Source: an uncultured delta proteobacterium (GTDB lineage Bacteria > Desulfobacterota > Binatia > UBA9968). From it: a stretch of DNA of 64,000 bases. A model generated the notes under the pieces. That model was not told the DNA's origin, did not search any database, and saw only the letters and a program-made list of their open reading frames with translations. The position numbers were made by a program, and so were the translations under genes. Of this stretch, positions 38,844-49,343 are shown piece after piece (positions within the stretch are counted from its first letter, which is position 1; every line of letters begins with the position of its first letter). Where the stretch lies: NCBI GenBank assembly GCA_963737905.1, contig CAVTUQ010000043.1:1-64000 (forward strand), in the 5' to 3' direction.

Positions 38844-40442
38844 CTCACCAGGTCCGCGCGGACTGCCCGCCCGATCCTGAGCGCGTTGGCCATGATCGTG
38901 AACGTCAGGTTTTTCGCCGGCAGGCGAGGGAACGCGGCGGCGTCGCCGACGTATACGGCCTTCGTCCCGGTCAGGAGTCCATTGCGGTTGGTCTCGTATC
39001 TCCGCTCCGCGCGCTCGCGCATGGGGAGCGGCCCCCCGTAGTGCACGCTAGCGCCCGGCTTGGGTACGCGGACGAAACGGGCGCTCGACCAGTATCCCAT
39101 CCGGCGAAGAACCCGAAGGATGTGCCTCTCCACACCACCGGCCGGTAGTGCCTCGTACCGTAGGAGCAGGTTTCCCTTGGCGTCGATGCCGAGCGTGTTG
39201 GAAGGATGCGGCTCACCGGGGTAGTAAAGCTGCAAGAGCGCCACAGCCGGCAGCAAATATTTTGCGCCCGCAAGGCAGCCTCTCACGGATAAAGGAAAGT
39301 TGAATAGAAAGTCGGACCGTAGTAGTCCATCTACCGCGTAAATCATCCCCACAAGCGGCTCCGGCCACAGCGGCCCCACATAGAAGAGGTTGAGCTGTGA
39401 GTAGAACGATCGTTTCTCTAGGGGCATTCCGATCCGTCGCAACGATACGAGCGGAGCATACCGGTACGGGGTTTCCACCAAAGGAAGCCGGCTGCCGATA
39501 TCGCCGTTCGCGTGGAGCACGAGACGAGCCGTGTTCAGAGCTCCGAGGCAGAGGATCAGTTTGCGGGCTCGGAACACTCGGCGCTCCCCGCCTTCCAGCG
39601 GCCGCGCGCAAACCTCGACTGTGTCCTTATTTTCTCGGTACGTCTCTACGAAATAGCCGGGACGATACTCGATCTCCCCACGCCGCACGAGATCCTCGAG
39701 CGTGAAAGCAGGGGAGAAAATAGCCGGGATCCGCGGCCGAAAAAACTCCAGGTTGTCATATGTGCATGCTTGGCGTCCGCCGTGATCACGCGTGAGGACT
39801 GCCAAGCGCGGATGTCCCAGATAAATGCCCTCACGCTGGAAATCTTCAGAGCGGCGCGTGTAGCGATCGAGGATCTCTCGACCGATCGCCGAGAGCTCGA
39901 GCGGCGGTTGCAGTCCTTGGGCACTGCCGTGAAAACGGGCAAGATCATCTTCCCTGCCGGATATTCCGATGTGTTGCGTGATTTCGTCGTAGAACGGTTC
40001 CAAGTCGGTGGCCCGAAGTGGAAAGCCAGCGGAGATCCGCATCATCGAAGCGATAAACCTGAGCCCCCCAGGCATTCGCGAGTCCGCCGCCGGCGTAGCT
40101 CAGGAGCGGAACGAAGACGTCGGAGAACACATCAGGCGCGCCGGGCGGCCGTGCGAAAACCGGGCGCATCAGCGGCGACTTCACCTTGGGACTGAGTTCC
40201 GGCCCGTCAATCCAAGCGAGCGACTCGAAGCGGGTGCCTACGGTTTCGGTGAACAGGGACTGGCGCTTCCGGAGATCGTAGAGATTGCCGTGGAGCGAGG
40301 TTGCTTCACCGAACCGTAATCCGGCGTCGATGACGACCGTCTTCGTTCCACTCAGGCCCAGGGCGACGAATGTCCCGGCCGCGCCCGAGCCGACGACGAT
40401 GGCATCGTACACGGACTCTACATCAACGTCCGAAGCAACCAC
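38840..40442 (-). CDS. GMC-family FAD oxidoreductase; frameshift near 40030
   Basis: ORF 39945-40442 has DAIVVGSGAAG and GGLANAWG; ORF 38840-40075 has LILCLGALNT, HYGG and VGDAAAFPRLPAKNLTFTIMANA. Confidence 0.85.
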
Positions 40443-40858
40443 CGTCCTTTTAGATATTTATGAACTGTGCGAAGACCGTGGAGTGCCAGGCAGTAAAAGC
40501 CGCCGGCACGCCGCCGCTCTTCGTTGACGAAATCAGAGTAATATTCCGGAAACGCCTCGGCAATATAGATGAGCAATTTGAACTTGTGACAGAGCACATG
40601 GTCTGGCTGCCGACTCCTGAGGACAACCTCAAGAGCTTCAAGGTCGGCTCCCTCTTCGAGGGCTCGCTGCATCCACTTCGACTCGGTCATGTCGAACCGC
40701 AGCAGAGCGACGCGGTGCGCTTCGGCATATCGCTGGGCAACTTCCTCGGAGACGTCACGACCGAATACAGCGCGATGGAGCGCAGACGCTTCCCGCCGAA
40801 GTTGTGCCGGATCACAGCTCATGCCGAAGAAGAGAGTCACCGGGCCTGCCGGCGACAC
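40418..40858 (-). CDS. Hypothetical protein
   Basis: 146-aa ORF tightly packed between the GT2 and GMC genes on the same strand. Confidence 0.6.
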   Translation of the reverse strand: MSPAGPVTLFFGMSCDPAQLRREASALHRAVFGRDVSEEVAQRYAEAHRVALLRFDMTESKWMQRALEEGADLEALEVVLRSRQPDHVLCHKFKLLIYIAEAFPEYYSDFVNEERRRAGGFYCLALHGLRTVHKYLKGRWLLRTLM

Positions 40859-40872
40859 GAGCGTTACGACTC

Positions 40873-41757
40873 TTATCCTTTTCCTGGAAGAGCATGGCGC
40901 TCAGCACGTGAAAGCGACCCGCTTGTCCTCACATGACGCCGGCCGACCAACCCGCAGATGAGATTCAGCACGTAGCGGTGGCTGAACTGCAACACGTCAA
41001 TTTTTGAAACGCCACCCTTGCGGCGATACTCGTGCGAGGGCAGCTCGATCACGCGGTAGCCCTGCTTCAGACACTTCATGGCCATCTCTTGCTCGATGGT
41101 GGTGATATCGCTGGTCAGGCCGATTGTCCGTCCGACTTCGGTGCGGATCGCTCGGAAGCCGTTTTGATAGTCAGTTAGCCGCACTCCGTAACGATAGTTG
41201 ATGGAGAGGGAGATCATGAGACTCCCCATCAAACGAACGACCTCTCGAATCGAGCCAAACAATTCTTCGCTGCCACCCAGCATCCGAGAAGCCATCACCA
41301 GGTCGGCCTCGCCGGCGACGATGGGTGCCACGAGCGCCGGGATATCTTTCGGCTCGTGGGATCCATCCGCATCGATCAAAACGGTGATCGGATAGCGGGC
41401 TCGGGCAAGGCCGACTCGAACCGCATCTCCTTTGCCTCGACCGTTGTCCTGGACTACACGGGCACCGCACCGCCGGGCGATTGCGACAGTCTCATCCGAT
41501 GAGTGTCCATCGACCACGATGAGGTCATCGGTCATGTGACGCACGACCTCGAGCAGTTCGCCGATGGTCTCTTCCTCATTTCGGGCTGGCACGACGATAC
41601 TGTAGGAGGATAGCGCTTGATCCTTGATGAGCTCGATGTTGCGAGGTGGAAAACTCGATTCGGGATTTTCTTTCACGGGTTTCCCCCTTAAAGCACTTTT
41701 GACATGTTCAATCAAGTCCGCCAGAATTGGCAGGGGTCGTCCAACGGGATCCGACAT
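40873..41757 (-). CDS. GT2 glycosyltransferase, DPM1-like polyprenyl-phosphate sugar synthase
   Basis: SIVVPARNEE, VVDGHSSDET, GKGDA, IDADGSH, TDYQNGFRA, RKGGVSK. Start uncertain. Confidence 0.85.
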   Translation of the reverse strand: MSDPVGRPLPILADLIEHVKSALRGKPVKENPESSFPPRNIELIKDQALSSYSIVVPARNEEETIGELLEVVRHMTDDLIVVDGHSSDETVAIARRCGARVVQDNGRGKGDAVRVGLARARYPITVLIDADGSHEPKDIPALVAPIVAGEADLVMASRMLGGSEELFGSIREVVRLMGSLMISLSINYRYGVRLTDYQNGFRAIRTEVGRTIGLTSDITTIEQEMAMKCLKQGYRVIELPSHEYRRKGGVSKIDVLQFSHRYVLNLICGLVGRRHVRTSGSLSRAERHALPGKG

Positions 41758-41768
41758 GACAATGACAC

Positions 41769-41915
41769 GGCCATTGGACTCAATCCATCCTTGAGTGGAA
41801 CGTATTTGAATTTGGGAGTCGCGCTGGCGCGGCAAGCTCGGATCGAGAGGCTGTTGATCTGCAGAGTCTCGCCCAGTTGCTGTCTTTGCAAGGCAAAAAA
41901 AAGGAGGCGATGCAG
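41769..41915 (+). pseudogene. Degenerate remnant of the TPR C-terminus of gene 33849-35911
   Basis: AIGLNPSLSGTYLNLGVALARQARIE versus AIELNPSISRAHLNLGVALAKQGRIE; QSLAQLLSLQGKKKEA versus QSLAQLLLLQGKKEEA. Confidence 0.7.
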
Positions 41916-41989
41916 AGGCCCTTAGGTTCACGAGAAACGGGGCGCCGCGATAAGTCCTCCGTGAGCATGGCCGGGTCGCAGGAACTCGA

Positions 41990-43982
41990 TCACTGGCTGA
42001 TGTGCAGGGTCAATGCGGCGGGCGGATCGATAATCTTGATGAAAGGAATGGGGTCATCATAGATCTTGACTGGGACGATTCTCGCCGGCGGGCTGGCTAC
42101 GAGGCCTTCGGTCCAATGATACTTTAGGACAATCTCTTTCCCCTTTATCTCGGACAGGTCAAGACGGTTGAGGCTCGCCTTGACCCTGCCTTCCCCTTGG
42201 AGAAACCAAGTCAATGGCTGATTCACTTTCATGAGGTGAGCCGGGCCCGCGCGTCGGTCGGAAGTGACCAATCCGGGCACGGACTGGATGCGCTGAACGG
42301 AGGCTGGATAAAAGGCCACCACAGCGCCGATGTTGTAAAGACGAAAGTAATTTCTGATTGCATCGTCGGTGAGGTTCCGGATGTCTTTCTTAAGAAATTT
42401 TCCCGAGTGAAACTCGGCGAAGTGGTGGCGGTCATTGTAAAGATTGATCGGCCCGCCGATCAGCTCGCGACCGGTCCAATGCGGGATAAACGAGGACAGA
42501 TACATTCCGTCATAAGCAAAGCCGGTTTCATCCCCCGACTCTTCGAACAGCACTCGGCCATCGGCAGGTGTGTCCTGCTTGATCCATTCCACGATGGCAT
42601 GCAGTTCCGGGCGAAGCTCAGTGCGAAGCAACATTTTCGCGCGCGTTTCGGTCTCGATAAGATTGAACAGAAAGGCCAAGAGGCCGCAGGCGGCGACCGC
42701 CGGCAGGACGTAAGACCGGGAGGATAGAGATCGCCGGGCTAATCCATGGACTATCGATGTAAGAAGCCGCCAAGGTTAAGAAGAGATCAAGGGGAACCTT
42801 GAAGCGAAGGGGTTGCCAGCTTTTCACGAAAGGCATTAGAGAACCAAAGTAGGCAAGGAAGAAGAGAACAAGAGAGGCGCTGGCGAGCATGACGCCGGCA
42901 GCCCGGTTTTCATCCCGCAGAAGTCTCCACATCCCCCAGGAGCCGAGGAAAAGTAACATCAAGCGGAAACCTTTTTCCAAAAAGGACGGGCGAAAGCTCC
43001 AGTAACCGCTTGGCCCGAGGTAGTCTTTGATAAAGGTAAACGGATCGATACTAGTGAATAGCGGCAATTGATCGACGATCGCCGAGGCAACGTCGTCGCT
43101 GCGATGATGAAATGCGGGAACCAGCCACGGCAGGTTTACGAGAATCGAAAGAGCGGCGCCCACAACGGTCCAAATCAATAGATTACGCCGGAAGACATCG
43201 CGTTGGACGACGAGGAGAGCAATCATCGGCGGCAGAAATATCACAATGGATTGAACGTGAAGGGGTAGAATAACCAGTGCGAGCACAAGCCAGCCAAGAT
43301 GAGCGGGACTCCACAAAGCGGGCGTTTTGGCGATTCGATACAAAAGGGTAACTCCCAAGACGCTGGCATAAGAAGCAGGCGCATAACCCACCATGCCGTA
43401 GAAAAACATTTCTCTCGGTAAAGAGTTCCACCAGTAGGCCGTTCCCAACAGTGCCGCCACCAGTGCCGCGCTGTTTTTGATGTCATCTCGATCAAAAAAA
43501 AGATTGCGCGCGGCAAAATACATGAGCCAAGGAATGCACGCCATCGAGAGAAACGCCAGAATCTTGAACCACTGGATCGGAGCCAGTCCAAGGGTTGAGA
43601 GAGCGAGGGCCGCGAATTCGAAAAATTTGATGCTTAAATCCTGAATCGTATTCGACGGGTAGCCGGCCATAAAAAGGGGGTTGTAGCCCCAGAAAGCCTG
43701 ATCCTGGTGCCAAAACGCCTCCATAGACTTGAGATGATGAAAATGAAGGCCCCAGTCCTGCTCAATAATGGGTTGATTGTTAAAGAGGCCGGACAAGGGA
43801 ACAAACAGAGAAGCCAAACCCAAACTGTGAAGTAAGAACAAGATTCCGGTCCACGTCAAGGAAACTCGCGCGTTGGGCCAGACTGACGGGGTTTTCTGCA
43901 GCGATCGAGCTTCCGAGGTGCGTCGCGTCTTGTTCTTCTTACCGGCCTTTTTAGCTGTCATTTGTCGCTGATTGACCGACAT
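41990..43982 (-). CDS. Polytopic membrane protein, probable GT-C/YfhO-like; frameshifted near 42680-42750
   Basis: QDWGLHF, WGYNPLFMAGYP, LPWLVP, QPLRF, then a soluble domain (GRVLFEESG, VLKYHWTEG) in ORF 41990-42679. Confidence 0.65.
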
Positions 43983-44026
43983 TCAATGAGACATCGGCTG
44001 TCCTGCAGAGCTGAGCCGCGTCCATG

Positions 44027-46546
44027 CTACCGGTTTCTTATCGAGCCTGCTTTCTTGGAAGATTTAATTGGTTTGGGCTGGACCAGACTTTTGGGTTGGA
44101 CCAGACTCTTGGATTGGACCAAAGCTAAGGAGATAGGAATGAGCAGGAAATAGCATAGTGCTCCGATAATCAGAGTCGCCGTAATTCCCAGCGCGAGGCT
44201 AATTGCAATGGCACTGATGGAGGCGAGCACGCCCGCTGCGCCGTTGATCCCCCAGAACCAAGGCGTGGGTCTGGAATCGATCGAGGCGATGAGCCGCATG
44301 CCTGTAGGGAAACCAAACCCAAGTAAAAGCCCGGCCGGCGTGATGGACAACACGCATATCACAATCCGGACGGGTAGCGTGGCGTCATTGAAAGCTGCAA
44401 ATAGGTTACCCAAGGCAAACGGCAAGATCATCAAGTAGCCGCCTGTTAAGATGGCCCAAGTTGTAATCTTAACCCGGTTATCAAGTGTCAAATTTTCTGA
44501 GAGGAAACTGCCCATACCTGTTGTTAGTATTAGGCTGAAGAGAAGAACGGCCAGGGAATAGATGGGATGGCCAAGGAATACGGTCATGCGTTGGAGTAAC
44601 CCGATTTCGACCATCATAAAACCGATACCGATCAACGCAAAGTACAGTGTCCCCCGAGTCGCTACCGCACGGCCAACGTCTTTAAGCGCCGGACGCAGCG
44701 GTACAATGATTGCTGCCATGACGAATATCAACGAGATAAAAAACAAAACAAGCAATGTGATCGTGGCCACCAAATTTCCTTGCCTTACGCCGCCCCCCTG
44801 GGGGCCCCTTGCGAGCATAGTTTTCGCGTGAGCGAGCGCCTGGAACGGGCGGGAAAGAGGCAATTGATTGAAAAAAAACGGCCGGTCATCTGTGGGGGGC
44901 GTCAGGTCAAACTCAAGGCTTGATGTATAACTGTCGAGTGATTTTCGATCAACGGCGGTTATTATCCGGAGACAACGTGTCGGAACCAGGCACACGGCGA
45001 GGACTCAGCAATACGCTATGCTGATATTCCGCCGCTGCTGTCTCCAGGTTTTCGACGTCGCTCGCGGAGAAAGGCGATTTAGACAAGACCAGAGTAGCGA
45101 CCGTACCCTGCGAAGCGAGAAACACATGGCGGCTGGGATCGGCGATCCCCATCTCCATTAGCGTTGCCACAGCTAAACTGATCAGTCTTCCGGTTTCATC
45201 GGGAACTGAAGGGTCGTACCACCGGCTGACGGTCAAAACACCTCTCGGCGTCAATCGATTGAGAAAAATCTTCCAGGCTTCGACCGTATAGAGGCCGTTT
45301 TCGCTCAGGGTAAAAGCCCCAGCCCCCGTTGCAGCCCAGGTGTCAACCAAGCTCATCTGGATGAGGTCGAAAGACTCCTGGCTTCGGGCGAGCCAGCTTC
45401 TTCCCTCATCCAGTACAAAGTTAACTCCCGGCAACGCGGCCACGTTGTTGAAATCGAGAAAGTCGGGCTCTCGAGTCAAGAGCTGAACGAAAATAGGATT
45501 GATCTCCACGCCGGTAATTTTCTTCCGGCCGAAAAGAGCCGCGGATAAAATGTCTCGCCCGGCACCGACGCCAATCACAAGGACCCGCTCGCGATCGGGG
45601 AGAAAATAGGCAAGATTCGTGACGTCATATCTGTAGAAACGCTACCTCATCCAAATTGCCGGTAAAGCGATAGGCATAGGTGGCTGCGTCGCCGTCGATG
45701 TTTAAGATCGTTTGATAAACAGACCATTTATTGTCAAACATCTTAGGCGATGGACCCCACATTTCCGGTATGCCTCGTTTCACCTGCTCCACAACGACCC
45801 GCGAGAAGGAGTTCCATTGCTTGAATAGATGCGATCCCGGAAATTCGAATTTACCCTTTACGGCTATAGGCTGGAGACCATGGTCTGTGTGGGGATTAAT
45901 CAGAGCGCATAGGACGAGGACGGAAAGAATCCAGTAATGATGCTGCAGGCACGAATGCAGCGGTGGCTTTTGATCCGGTGCTTTACCAATGCCGGAACCA
46001 GAAAAAGCCAGCGCCGCTGCCGCCATCAAAGGCTGCGACCCACAAAACGGCCGAGGGACCATCGGTGAAATTTAGAAGCAATAGCGCCCCTAGGCAACCG
46101 ATGGCCGCACCTAATAAATCGACTCCGTAAACCCGTGGCCAACCGGAAAAGGACTGCGGGTTAGCGCGAGACTCACCACCACGCCGGAGAAGAAAAATGG
46201 GATGGACAAACAGATGGCAAGCTCAGTCCATATCCAGAGTGTCGTCATTGCCCCGCTAATGACGGGCGCTAGTGTCATTTGCACGGCTAGACAAATCGCA
46301 GCGGCGAAGGCAAATAGCCCGCTAAAATAGGACAGGTCATAGGATAAAGTCTTTTCCGTGAATCGGTCACGGCGCAAGTAAACCCAAACGGCCCCGACCG
46401 TCAAGCCAAACATAGCTAGGCTAATCACGAAAAATGCCAAGTGATACCAGACCACGACGGAAAGAATACGTGTCTGGATGATCTCCAGCATTAAGGTGGA
46501 AGAGCTAATAAGGAACACACCGAGATAGAAAAAAAGTGGTCGTCAT
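44027..46546 (-). CDS. Membrane-bound SAM-dependent transferase (spermidine synthase-like domain flanked by TM domains), several frameshifts
   Basis: Colinear ORFs: LEIIQTRILSVVVWYHLAFFVIS; WNSFSRV, IDGDAAT; VIGVGAGRD, GVEINP, DEGRS, DLIQMSLVDTWAA; PTDDRPFFF, LGHPIYSL, WFWGINGAAGV. Confidence 0.75.
44071..44124 (-). repeat. 18-bp tandem repeat x3 encoding LVQSKS-LVQPKS-LVQPKP
   Basis: ggtttgggctggaccaga cttttgggttggaccaga ctcttggattggaccaaa. Confidence 0.8.
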
Positions 46547-46681
46547 TACGGTTTCTGGGCTAAACCCGTTGGTGGTTTACCATTGAGGGATACACCCAAA
46601 CAAACCGATATCAAGATTGCATTTGTTTGGGAAGCAGGATATCGATGAAGCGAAGACGGAGGAATTCCCGTTAGAGCAAAA

Positions 46682-48397
46682 ATGACCAATCGAGCGACGG
46701 TGAGGCGCCGCCAGCGCAAAAGGCAAAACTCTGTAAGAGCAGCCGATGCAGGGCGAACCGTCATGGGACGCCCTATCGTGCTTATAGTCCTTGGCGGCCT
46801 ACTGGTGGCGGGGGTCATTACCCGTATCCATTTACTCGATAGAAGCTTGTGGCTGGACGAAGCCTGGGTGGCCAACTCGATCCGCGCTCCAACCCTACAC
46901 CAAGCGCTCTATTACGATGATTGGTTGCAGACGACCCCACCACTTTTTATCGCACTCAGCCGCCTCATCACGGTTCTTATTGGGACGTCGAATGTCGCTT
47001 TTCGAGCGCTCCCCGCGCTGTCCGGAATCGTCTCCGTGCTTGTTTTTTCCTTTATTGCTTTAAGACTCTTAAAACCCAGTTTCGCGATGATCGCGATCTT
47101 GTTGTTTGTTTTTAGCCCGCGAGTGATCCTCTATAGCCAGTCAGTCAAGCAATACAGTACGGATGTGCTTTCCACGACCAGCCTGCTGGTGCTCGGATAC
47201 CTTTATATCGAGAAGCGCGACGATCGCTCGTTCTACTTGTTATTGGCAACTTTTGCTGTGCTTAGCTTTCTTTCCTATCCTGCGATGCTGTTTTTACCCT
47301 TTCTCCTTTACGCCGCTACGACCGGAGTTGATTTGCAGTCGAGACCTAAGGACACCCAAGCGGCAATTCGTCCGAAGTGGCTCCGGGTTTTCGTGGTGGT
47401 CGCGCTCGCAGTTCTTGTACCCGTGACCAACTACTTATTTTTTATTGCACCGAATAAGACTTCGGCGCTGACTGAGTTTTTTCCGGAGGGTTTTTATCAG
47501 GGGCACACTCTAGCTGAGTTTTTGGAGTTCTATGGGACCCGGCTTCTGACCCTGACGGGGATGTTTTTCTTCGGGGGTCCGGGCGTTTTACGCTTTGTTA
47601 CGGTATGCATCACAGTTATCGGGTTCATTCATTTGTGGGTGTCTCAAACAAAGTGGCCGCACCCCGAAACCTTCCAGACGGCTGTTCTGTTGACGGCGCC
47701 GATTGCGGGGGTCGTCGGTCTGAATATGCTCGGATTTTTTCCCTTGCCGGGTTTCCACCACCGGCTCTTGCTCTTTGTATTTCCGATTACCACCTTGGCG
47801 TCTTGCCTCGGATTGCAGTTTCTTGCAAATCTGACTTCGGGCTTCCTAACGTCTCGATTGGCAAACGTTAAAGCGACATCGGTGGAAAACGTCCTTGGAT
47901 CTGTTCTCTTTGTCGGGCTGCTTGGTTTAGTATTGCTGTTCTTTAGTACCTTCGGTATGAAGCCCTTTTTTGCGGAAGAATACGAAGACAGTGAGGAAGC
48001 TATTGCTTATCTTGCGCAACGGGTTCAGGCGAACGACGTCCTCTATATTTATGCGGCTATGCGAGAACAATTCAAGCTATACGGTAGAACACTGCCACCC
48101 GCGACAAACATTTTTTATGGAAAGATTGGTACGCCCTGTTGTCCCCGAAAGAATTATCGCAGTCCCAAGCAAGAATCCGCAGGCGATGTTATCCGCGAGG
48201 TCTCGGCGTTAAGTGACGCGGCAGCGGGGCGATCCCTATGGCTTTTAGTTACAGATCGTCCTCTTCACTGGCTTTATCTACAGCGTAACGATATTGAAAT
48301 ACTTGACCGCGGTCTCGCAAATAAAGGTTGCGAAAAGACCGAAGAAGCAAAATTCGCGGGGGTTTACATCGGTCACTTCAGATGCAAGCCGAAATAG
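46682..48397 (+). CDS. GT-C (GT39/PMT_2-like) glycosyltransferase
   Basis: RSLWLDEAW acidic motif, TPPLF, AFRALP, YSQSVKQYS, many TM segments. Confidence 0.82.
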   Translation: MTNRATVRRRQRKRQNSVRAADAGRTVMGRPIVLIVLGGLLVAGVITRIHLLDRSLWLDEAWVANSIRAPTLHQALYYDDWLQTTPPLFIALSRLITVLIGTSNVAFRALPALSGIVSVLVFSFIALRLLKPSFAMIAILLFVFSPRVILYSQSVKQYSTDVLSTTSLLVLGYLYIEKRDDRSFYLLLATFAVLSFLSYPAMLFLPFLLYAATTGVDLQSRPKDTQAAIRPKWLRVFVVVALAVLVPVTNYLFFIAPNKTSALTEFFPEGFYQGHTLAEFLEFYGTRLLTLTGMFFFGGPGVLRFVTVCITVIGFIHLWVSQTKWPHPETFQTAVLLTAPIAGVVGLNMLGFFPLPGFHHRLLLFVFPITTLASCLGLQFLANLTSGFLTSRLANVKATSVENVLGSVLFVGLLGLVLLFFSTFGMKPFFAEEYEDSEEAIAYLAQRVQANDVLYIYAAMREQFKLYGRTLPPATNIFYGKIGTPCCPRKNYRSPKQESAGDVIREVSALSDAAAGRSLWLLVTDRPLHWLYLQRNDIEILDRGLANKGCEKTEEAKFAGVYIGHFRCKPK

Positions 48398-48453
48398 AGA
48401 AGCCCGCGTCACGATGAAGGGCGATCGCTGTTGTTGCTGAAGTTGGCTGGTGG

Positions 48454-49197
48454 GTGCCACAGGTGGATCTTGACCTCTCTGTTATAATCCCGGCGTATAA
48501 CGAGGCTGAAAGGATTATTCCGACGCTGCAGCGAATCAACGATTATCTCAGGGGTAGCTCTTTCAGCTCCGAAATACTGGTTGTTCTGGACGGACCAACG
48601 GATAACACGCTTGGCGTATTGCGGGAAGTCTCGGAAAAAGTTCCAAATCTGAGGATCTTGGAGCGACATCGAAATCGTGGCAAAGGCTACACGGTTAGAG
48701 AAGGGATGTTGAAGGCCTCTGGGCGATTGCGGCTTTTTTGCGATGCGGACAATTCCACGGATATCGCCCATTTCGACAACATGATACCGCTTTTCGAAGA
48801 AGGCTATGAGATCGTCATTGCGTCGCGCCATTCCAAAGACGCTGCCGGAGCACAACAGACCATTTCGCAACCGAGATACAAGCGGATCATCGGACAATTG
48901 GGCAATATCGTTGTCCAGTCCGTTGCCGTACGTGGAATTTGGGATACACAGTGCGGCTTTAAAGCTTTTCGCGCGGAAGCGGCGAAGCGGATATTCTCTC
49001 AAACTGTGATTGATGGGTGGGGCTTCGATATCGAGGTCTTCGCGCTGGCGCGCGTCTTAAATTACAAGATTGGTATTATTCCCGCCCATTGGGTAAACGA
49101 TCCAAGAAGTCATGTTCGATCCATCGACTATTTACGAGTTTTCGGTGATACGCTTCGCGTGCGGATCCGGCTAATGGCCCGCAAATACAATGTCTAA
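48454..49197 (+). CDS. GT2 dolichyl-phosphate beta-glucosyltransferase-like (ALG5-like) polyprenyl-P-sugar synthase
   Basis: LSVIIPAYNEAERI, NRGKGYTVREGM, FCDADNST, IWDTQCGFKAF, GWGFDIE. Confidence 0.88.
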   Translation: MPQVDLDLSVIIPAYNEAERIIPTLQRINDYLRGSSFSSEILVVLDGPTDNTLGVLREVSEKVPNLRILERHRNRGKGYTVREGMLKASGRLRLFCDADNSTDIAHFDNMIPLFEEGYEIVIASRHSKDAAGAQQTISQPRYKRIIGQLGNIVVQSVAVRGIWDTQCGFKAFRAEAAKRIFSQTVIDGWGFDIEVFALARVLNYKIGIIPAHWVNDPRSHVRSIDYLRVFGDTLRVRIRLMARKYNV

Positions 49198-49343
49198 GGA
49201 AATCTAAAGGGTCAAGAGTTCAGGCTTTTACATTATGGTTTCAAATGCGCTATGTTCCGGACTGATCTTTTTCTTTTTGCTGCTTTGTTTTTAAACAATC
49301 GGCAGAACTGTGACTTCCACTCATAAGCTTTTTCACTCCTGCA

